Shown here piece by piece: positions 58,604 through 64,000 of a DNA stretch of 64,000 nucleotides. The DNA comes from an uncultured virus (IMG/VR IMGVR_UViG_3300036715_000865) (taxonomy: Duplodnaviria > Heunggongvirae > Uroviricota > Caudoviricetes): the IMG/VR virus record IMGVR_UViG_3300036715_000865; one strand, 5' to 3'. A program made the translations under genes and the position numbers. Positions within the stretch are counted from its first letter, which is position 1. Each line of letters starts with the position of its first letter. The notes under the pieces were generated by a model. It was not told where the DNA came from. It made no database searches and saw only the letters and a list, made by a program, of their open reading frames with translations.

Positions 58604-58867
58604 ATGAAATTATTAATTGTATTGTATTTGATTTGTCTAGAGAGTTCAGAGTATGTAGTTATACCTTGTTCGATGAAGCATTATACATATGTAATTGACG
58701 ATTTCATTATTCCTAAAGAGCATATTTTTAACCCAGCTGATAACTATGTTCATAAGTCCTCCCATGACTGTGAAGCGTATGACAGCAATCGACCAGTTGG
58801 AACCAAAGTCGACTGTCTGTATGGGAAGGTCAGCCCAAGGCGTGGACAAGTATATAAACGTGAATAG
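58604..58867 (+). CDS. hypothetical protein
   Basis: 87 aa with a hydrophobic N-terminus. Confidence 0.45.
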   Translation: MKLLIVLYLICLESSEYVVIPCSMKHYTYVIDDFIIPKEHIFNPADNYVHKSSHDCEAYDSNRPVGTKVDCLYGKVSPRRGQVYKRE

Positions 58868-58926
58868 CATAAGGAATAAGCTGATAAGAAAAGCTGACCG
58901 AAATACGATAGTATTTGTTATATACG

Positions 58927-58958
58927 AATGGAGATGTAAAAGTCTCCATTCTTCGTTT
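58927..58958 (+). terminator. probable terminator
   Basis: GAATGGAGA-TGTAAAAG-TCTCCATTC stem followed by TTCGTTT. Confidence 0.6.
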
Positions 58959-59010
58959 CCTATAGACACTACAATATACAAAATACTTTGTAAAATAATT
59001 GAACTTCTTC

Positions 59011-59054
59011 ATTGCTATATAAAAAATTATATAGAACTTCGTTTAAGAATTAAT
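59011..59054 (+). promoter_or_regulatory. Bacteroidota-type early promoter
   Basis: ATTG-N19-GAACTTCG; shares 25 identical bp with the 34161 promoter. Confidence 0.65.
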
Positions 59055-59071
59055 CTTAAAAACGAAATATA

Positions 59072-59314
59072 ATGGGTACTTTTACAGTTAAATCAGAAAG
59101 AAGAGGACGAGTGAGCGAAACTTCAGGAACTATCGAAGAGTTAGTTAAATATTTTTCCTATACACTAGAGGTCGGTGAATCTTGGCAACACGAAAAGGGT
59201 AATAAGAAAATCAATCGAAATCCTAAGAGCATAAAGTCTTTGATTAGCAATCTTAATAATGCTAAGACAAACTCTGCTGCTAATGGTTGTTCAGATACAT
59301 ATTATTCACTATAA
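59072..59314 (+). CDS. small early phage protein
   Basis: 80 aa, first gene after the promoter; GTIEELVKYFSYTLE.G.SW motif. Confidence 0.7.
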   Translation: MGTFTVKSERRGRVSETSGTIEELVKYFSYTLEVGESWQHEKGNKKINRNPKSIKSLISNLNNAKTNSAANGCSDTYYSL

Positions 59315-59325
59315 ATTCAACAAAG

Positions 59326-59478
59326 ATGAAAGATTTAATAATAATTTTCGAAGCATTAGACAAGTTAGGGTATGATATTTCAGTACTAACTTTCGACCAA
59401 GGAATCAGTCTTTTTAGCGACATAAAAGAGGTGATTGAGAAGACAGGAGTTAAACGAGTTATCAACGAAGAAAACTAA
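59326..59478 (+). CDS. hypothetical protein
   Basis: Start moved to ATG 59326. Confidence 0.5.
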   Translation: MKDLIIIFEALDKLGYDISVLTFDQGISLFSDIKEVIEKTGVKRVINEEN

Positions 59479-59483
59479 GAGTT

Positions 59484-60377
59484 ATGATTAAGAAGTACGA
59501 AAATATTCAGTTCATCGGTTCGGAGATTAATCCAGACGATTTTACAGTATGTGGTTTGCTTTACTTGGAAGAATGTGGGGATGGTTATGAAAAGGATTTT
59601 GAGTTGCAAATCGACTTTATCAGAGATGAAGAGTTGTTTGATTACAATTCAAAAGGAAAATACTCTGTCGCTTTTGATGAGTTAAAGGGCAGAGTGTTGG
59701 GAGGCAAATGTAATTGCAATCATTGTAACAGACATATAAGTTATGTAGTATTTGCCATCGATAATGTAAATGAGACTTTGCATTCATTCGGTTCTGACTG
59801 TGGAAGAGGATTGAGTTTGAAAACAGACCAAATAGAATCGTTTGTAAAAAATGCCAAGGATAAGAATATGATGGCTAGAAAAAAATCAGCAAACCTTTAC
59901 ATAAGAAATCAATTCTTAATTCAGCATGAAGGTTTAGAAGATGCTTTGAAAACAGACCACGATATTGTTAGGAGTATTCGAGAAAATTTCGTTAAGTATC
60001 ATAGCTTGTCTGATGCGCAGGTTAAGCTAGTTTTCAAGCTTCAAGAAACTACTAGAAAGTTTGAAGAGTTAAAGCAGATAAGAATACAAAACATCGAGCA
60101 TATCGTTGACGGCAGAAAGAAGGGTTTAGATGCTGAAATATTGAAAATCGACAGATGGATTAAGAATGATAATTTTACCTCAAACGAGTTAAGAGCAAAG
60201 CTGTTGCTACAGTTCGATAATGGACAAAAAGTTTGGGGAAGCATGCCTGTAGGAGAAAAATTCTTTGAAGATTTCACTAAAGATATGAGAGTATCATTTA
60301 CTGGTACTGTCACCAAGTCTCCAACTGACCCTACATTTGGATTCTTTAAGAGAGGTTCTTTATCATTACAAAGTTAA
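59484..60377 (+). CDS. zinc-finger plus OB-fold-like protein
   Basis: CNHC...GSDC zinc site, LS..Q motif and C-terminal VSFTGTV...FGFFKR. Confidence 0.6.
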   Translation: MIKKYENIQFIGSEINPDDFTVCGLLYLEECGDGYEKDFELQIDFIRDEELFDYNSKGKYSVAFDELKGRVLGGKCNCNHCNRHISYVVFAIDNVNETLHSFGSDCGRGLSLKTDQIESFVKNAKDKNMMARKKSANLYIRNQFLIQHEGLEDALKTDHDIVRSIRENFVKYHSLSDAQVKLVFKLQETTRKFEELKQIRIQNIEHIVDGRKKGLDAEILKIDRWIKNDNFTSNELRAKLLLQFDNGQKVWGSMPVGEKFFEDFTKDMRVSFTGTVTKSPTDPTFGFFKRGSLSLQS

Positions 60378-60387
60378 ATCTAACAAG

Positions 60388-60672
60388 ATGACTAAGAAAC
60401 AATTCACTAAGGCAATATCGAAAGGTAAGTTTGGAGTTTGGACTAAGGCAGCCAAAATAGCACTAGAACAGAAACGGATTGACTTATTCGTTCAGCACTG
60501 GCTAGACCAAGATTCTAGTGCTGGTTCGACTAAATGGGTTCAGAAAACCTTAGAAGGAGAACTGTACGAAGCGTTACAGACCTTTAAAGTGGTAGAGAAA
60601 GGAATATGCATAAAGCGTTGCGATGATTTTCCTGAATGTGAGCCTTGCGGAAGTCATTTTAAAAATATGTAA
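60388..60672 (+). CDS. hypothetical protein
   Basis: Start moved to ATG 60388; Cys cluster at the C-terminus. Confidence 0.55.
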   Translation: MTKKQFTKAISKGKFGVWTKAAKIALEQKRIDLFVQHWLDQDSSAGSTKWVQKTLEGELYEALQTFKVVEKGICIKRCDDFPECEPCGSHFKNM

Positions 60673-60692
60673 AACCATAAACAAATAATAGC

Positions 60693-60851
60693 ATGAAACA
60701 AAACCTAATCAAGGCTCATTTAGGAAGCCGAAAGAAAGTAGAAGAAATTCTGCAATTCTACAACATGGAATCTAAAGGCTCAAGAGAATCCTTAGAAGAG
60801 AAAGTCAATGGGCTGTCTGTAAAACAAATTAAGGACTTCTTAAATCAGTAG
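60693..60851 (+). CDS. small protein (not in ORF track)
   Basis: 52 aa, MKQNLIKAHLGSRKKVEEIL...; fills the gap, with an A-rich leader. Confidence 0.5.
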   Translation: MKQNLIKAHLGSRKKVEEILQFYNMESKGSRESLEEKVNGLSVKQIKDFLNQ

Positions 60852-60853
60852 TT

Positions 60854-61246
60854 ATGGCGTTCCTAATCATTACAGAAAGCATCGAAGAGACAATCCATTC
60901 TCTTCAGAGTGATAAACACTTATGCGAAAAAGTTTTCAAAGATACTGGCGATAAAGTTTACGAAGCGAAAGCAAAGTATTATGCTGATAAGTTACAAGCA
61001 GCATTGCGTTATCAAAGATTGTTCGAGCGTAAAAGCACGTATCAAAAAATAAAACATTTGAGACATAGAAATTTGCCTCAATATGTCGATAAATGTTCTC
61101 AAATAACAAAGGGATTGAAGGGTGTGTATTTTGATAAAGACCGTTTATTGTTCCGAGTTCAGATTACAAGGTTAGGCAAAAGAATGTATCTAGGACAGTT
61201 TGATACTCCAGATGATGCATTAGAAGTTTTAAAGCAATACATTTAG
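60854..61246 (+). CDS. AP2-domain DNA-binding protein
   Basis: KGVYFDK....FRVQI...GKRMYLGQFDTPDDA. Confidence 0.75.
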   Translation: MAFLIITESIEETIHSLQSDKHLCEKVFKDTGDKVYEAKAKYYADKLQAALRYQRLFERKSTYQKIKHLRHRNLPQYVDKCSQITKGLKGVYFDKDRLLFRVQITRLGKRMYLGQFDTPDDALEVLKQYI

Positions 61247-61247
61247 C

Positions 61248-61418
61248 ATGGAAATTATACCTAAGAATTTCAAACAAGTACAAGTGGCTTTCAAACAAGG
61301 CAGGAAAATTACGTACGGAAGAGAACTTGTAAATAAGTTAGAAAAGAATAAGATACAGACAGTAACAAAGGAACTTATGTTTAAGCCTTGGTTGCCAGCT
61401 GTTCGAATAATAAATTGA
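61248..61418 (+). CDS. small protein (not in ORF track)
   Basis: 56-aa ORF, MEIIPKNFKQV..., filling the gap. Confidence 0.45.
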   Translation: MEIIPKNFKQVQVAFKQGRKITYGRELVNKLEKNKIQTVTKELMFKPWLPAVRIIN

Positions 61419-61421
61419 GTT

Positions 61422-61841
61422 ATGACTTACACGAAAATACATCACGTAAAAAGAGCAAGAAAGGACATCTGGATGAAAGGTCAAGATGGACAATCTGATG
61501 AGATTCTAATCAAGAAAGGTGAACCATACTATTGGTATAAGTTCCGATATGGATTGAAAGTAGTAAGTAAAAACTACCCAACGAATGTCGATAAGTATCC
61601 ATATGCATTACATAAGGTTTTTACTCAATTGGAAGAGAGAGTAAATGATGCAATTGAGAATGAAGAATACGATTCAGAGTTAGAGGATGAACTGCAGGAG
61701 TTCATATTTGAAAGAAACGAAGCAATAGGTAATATGGAGGAATATTTTTCAGATTCGCCACAGCTTGATGATATGAAAGAAATGGTCGAGACAGCAGAAG
61801 GTCTGTTGAATGATTTAACAACTTTACAAGAAGAGTCATGA
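61422..61841 (+). CDS. hypothetical phage protein
   Basis: IKKGEPYYWYKFRYG motif followed by an acidic helical C-terminus. Confidence 0.65.
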   Translation: MTYTKIHHVKRARKDIWMKGQDGQSDEILIKKGEPYYWYKFRYGLKVVSKNYPTNVDKYPYALHKVFTQLEERVNDAIENEEYDSELEDELQEFIFERNEAIGNMEEYFSDSPQLDDMKEMVETAEGLLNDLTTLQEES

Positions 61842-61951
61842 GAGAAGTTTTTCAAGCCATAAATGATTATCCGTGGACTACATTCTTTGTATTTGTAATG
61901 TTGATAATCATTATTGATGAAGTAGGTGACGCAATAAAGAAAAGAAAATGA
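61838..61951 (+). CDS. small membrane peptide (not in ORF track)
   Basis: 37 aa with one hydrophobic segment; ATGA overlaps at both ends. Confidence 0.45.
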   Translation: MREVFQAINDYPWTTFFVFVMLIIIIDEVGDAIKKRK

Positions 61952-62637
61952 ATAATTTGTACGACATATTAGGAGTATCGAAAGATGCTACCCCAGAAGA
62001 AATCAAAACTGCTTATCGAAATCTGGCTAAGATTCATCATCCAGATAAAGGTGGTAGCGAAAAGGAGTTCAACAGAATACAGACTGCTTATGACGTCCTA
62101 TCGGATGGAAAAAGGAGAGCAAAGTATGACTCAACTGGTAGAATCGAAAAGGATAAAGGATTTGAAGAACAGTTCTTTGGATTTGTAGCTAGTCAGATTG
62201 TTCCGATAATCGAAAGAGCAGATAATCTTGACTTTGACTTAATGAAGAAAGCTAAGAAGCACGTGTCTGATTTAATTCGTGTTGGAACAGACAATATAAT
62301 AGACTTAGGAAAGAAATCTAAACATATAGAAGCTGCGATTGTAAGATGTAAGAAAAAGAACGGAGGTGAAAATATCATGTCTAAGATTCTTGAATCAAAA
62401 TTACATAACATTAAGAATGTAATTGAGCAAGTAAAAGAAGAGAAAGCGTTCATTGAAAAATGTCTTTTAGCACTTGATGATTATGATTACGATTTTACAG
62501 AAGTTCCTGAAAAATCAAAACAAAAAGGATGGATTGCTATTGATTTAGAATCTTTATTTGGGGATAAATATTCTTCCAACATGCCAGGACAAGAAATATC
62601 TGAAGACGATGCTAAACAACTCAAAGAGGATGAGTAG
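61948..62637 (+). CDS. J-domain (DnaJ-like) protein
   Basis: LYDILGV..DA..EEIK.AYR.LA...HPDKGG...F..I..AY.VLSD...RAKYD. Confidence 0.9.
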   Translation: MNNLYDILGVSKDATPEEIKTAYRNLAKIHHPDKGGSEKEFNRIQTAYDVLSDGKRRAKYDSTGRIEKDKGFEEQFFGFVASQIVPIIERADNLDFDLMKKAKKHVSDLIRVGTDNIIDLGKKSKHIEAAIVRCKKKNGGENIMSKILESKLHNIKNVIEQVKEEKAFIEKCLLALDDYDYDFTEVPEKSKQKGWIAIDLESLFGDKYSSNMPGQEISEDDAKQLKEDE

Positions 62638-62890
62638 TAAAGTTCCTGCTCACGAGTTACCAGTAATGAAGGGATATTGTAAGACTTGTCCTTTCAAGCC
62701 TGACGAGAACGGACGTCAACAAAATCCTACTTTAGCATCAGAAGTACAATCAAGAAATTTGTTTAAATCTCATCAAATCTGTCATGGAACAGAAGGTAAG
62801 AATAGAAAAGCTAACAATCGTTGTAAGGGTTCGTTTGATACTAATATGGAAATTTACGAGCGTATGGGATATGCTCATTTAGTTAAATAG
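62630..62890 (+). CDS. Cys/His-rich putative metal-binding protein
   Basis: CKTCPF...ICH...C motif. Start moved to ATG 62630. Confidence 0.6.
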   Translation: MSSKVPAHELPVMKGYCKTCPFKPDENGRQQNPTLASEVQSRNLFKSHQICHGTEGKNRKANNRCKGSFDTNMEIYERMGYAHLVK

Positions 62891-62906
62891 CAAAGTTATA
62901 TAACGT

Positions 62907-63365
62907 ATGAACATATTTGTTTTACATAATAGTCCTAAGATTGCTGCACAAATGCATAACGATAAGCATGTTGTAAAGATGATTCTTGAAACTGCTCAAT
63001 TATTATGTACTTCTGTAATAGTTAACGGAGGAGAAGCGCCATATAAATGTACACATATTAATCATCCTAGTGCAATTTGGACAAGAGAAAGCAGAAATAA
63101 CTATATTTGGCTTGTTAAGTTAGGATTATTCTTATGCAAGGAATACACTTTCAGATACGGCAAGGTTCACAAAAGCAAGGCAGTTATCGAGTATTGTTTA
63201 AAGAATATGCCTAATTTTGATAAGAAAGAAATGACGGATTTTGCGCTTGCTATGCCTGAACAATACAAATCAGACTCAGCTGTAGAATCTTATCGAGCAT
63301 ATTATTTAGGAGAAAAGATGCCTATATCTAATTGGACAAAACGTAATAAACCTCATTGGTTATGA
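62907..63365 (+). CDS. pyrimidine-dimer DNA glycosylase (DenV/endonuclease V family)
   Basis: MNIF.L...P...A..H.DKHVVKMILETAQLL, NHPS..W, EY..RY.K.H and AMP..YK...VE.YR.YY. Confidence 0.8.
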   Translation: MNIFVLHNSPKIAAQMHNDKHVVKMILETAQLLCTSVIVNGGEAPYKCTHINHPSAIWTRESRNNYIWLVKLGLFLCKEYTFRYGKVHKSKAVIEYCLKNMPNFDKKEMTDFALAMPEQYKSDSAVESYRAYYLGEKMPISNWTKRNKPHWL

Positions 63366-63697
63366 AAAAAGAAATCGAAGTATTTGAAGAAATTATAGAC
63401 CGTCATGCTAAACAACATATGGTTAAATGGAGTTTGACGAGGTTCAGAAATGACTTTCCAAGACTTAGAAGAGTGTTTCTGGATTCTATGATGGAGATTT
63501 ATTTAAATAAGCCTAAGATTGAATATACTCAACAGAACAGTATCGAGATTCTCAGACCTTGTCTATGGTTTGCCAAAGGTCAAGTCATTACTTACAGTAA
63601 AATGGAGGAATATTACACTCATAAATCAATACTAAGTTTATTGGAATATAAGTATATCAAGATAGTTCCTTTCGAGATAACACAAAATAAATTGTAA
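63356..63697 (+). CDS. hypothetical protein
   Basis: 113-aa ORF overlapping the previous stop. Confidence 0.55.
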   Translation: MVMKKEIEVFEEIIDRHAKQHMVKWSLTRFRNDFPRLRRVFLDSMMEIYLNKPKIEYTQQNSIEILRPCLWFAKGQVITYSKMEEYYTHKSILSLLEYKYIKIVPFEITQNKL

Positions 63698-63702
63698 CAA
63701 AT

Positions 63703-63733
63703 TTTGTTATTCAAAATATTAGTTATTACTTAG
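63703..63733 (+). promoter_or_regulatory. Bacteroidota-type early promoter
   Basis: TTTG-N19-TTACTTAG, same spacing as the other three promoters. Confidence 0.5.
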
Positions 63734-63756
63734 TATCATACTTAAATGGTAAAATT

Positions 63757-64000
63757 ATGAAAAAGTTAATGTTTTTAGTGTGTTTGTTTGTAGCTTCAAG
63801 TGTATCTGCACAATATGATTCAGACGAAAAGGATATGATTGCCTCTGCTTCAGAATACAAAGTAGAAGATATGAATGCTAATATCTACAATTTCAAAGGA
63901 GAAAATATTAGTTTCTGGTACAAAGAATCAAATAATGAAGCACAAGGACAACTGATAGTTGGAGACGTAACATGTGATGTTTACGGTATCTATATGAGCG
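63757..64000 (+). CDS. secreted protein with Sec signal peptide, 3'-truncated (not in ORF track)
   Basis: MKKLMFLVCLFVASSVSA-QYDSDEK...; the frame stays open to the window end. Confidence 0.7.
   Translation, partial: MKKLMFLVCLFVASSVSAQYDSDEKDMIASASEYKVEDMNANIYNFKGENISFWYKESNNEAQGQLIVGDVTCDVYGIYMS

Noticed and set aside
58646..59072. ORFs 58695-59072 (+), 58646-58981 (-) and 58830-59012 (-)
   Set aside because: They run across a terminator and/or promoter and overlap another ORF.
1..64000. tRNA/rRNA genes, integrase or IS elements
   Set aside because: No cloverleaf or T-loop motifs in the short intergenic gaps and no recombinase or transposase motifs were seen; a tRNAscan-SE run would confirm.

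Overview
The whole window is part of the genome of a large, AT-rich, contractile-tailed (myovirus) bacteriophage, and every credible gene is on the + strand. Positions 1-28.6 kb hold a SPO1/Twort (Herelleviridae)-type morphogenesis module: an ADP-ribosyltransferase-like protein, a prohead protease fused to a scaffold, major capsid, neck, sheath, tube, chaperones, tape measure, a split hub/lysin, baseplate and tail fibre. Positions 29-52.5 kb hold replication and recombination genes: SF2 and DnaB-like helicases, primase, a dUMP-hydroxymethylase-like thymidylate synthase homologue, a DnaE-type polymerase, an HD nucleotidase, UvsY, SSB, RecA, SbcCD, RuvC, UvrD, RNase H and two sigma-like factors. 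Positions 52.5-64 kb are accessory and early genes: RmlC, a probable terminase small subunit, an acyl carrier protein, a Tad2/DUF2829-like anti-defence sponge, AP2, J-domain and DenV-like proteins, and a secreted protein. TTTG-N19-(T/G)nnnTT(A/C)G promoters, the lack of consistent Shine-Dalgarno motifs and an 'SAQ' signal peptide point to a Bacteroidota host. The most interesting leads are a probable thymine-replacement (hmdU) system built around DnaE, a G-U-rich multi-hairpin RNA before the replication operon, a blocky acidic/basic disordered motif shared by the SSB and a monocistronic early protein, a split tail hub carrying M15 peptidase and OmpA-like domains, and strong GATC avoidance. All protein calls come from motif recognition and synteny; no database search was run.
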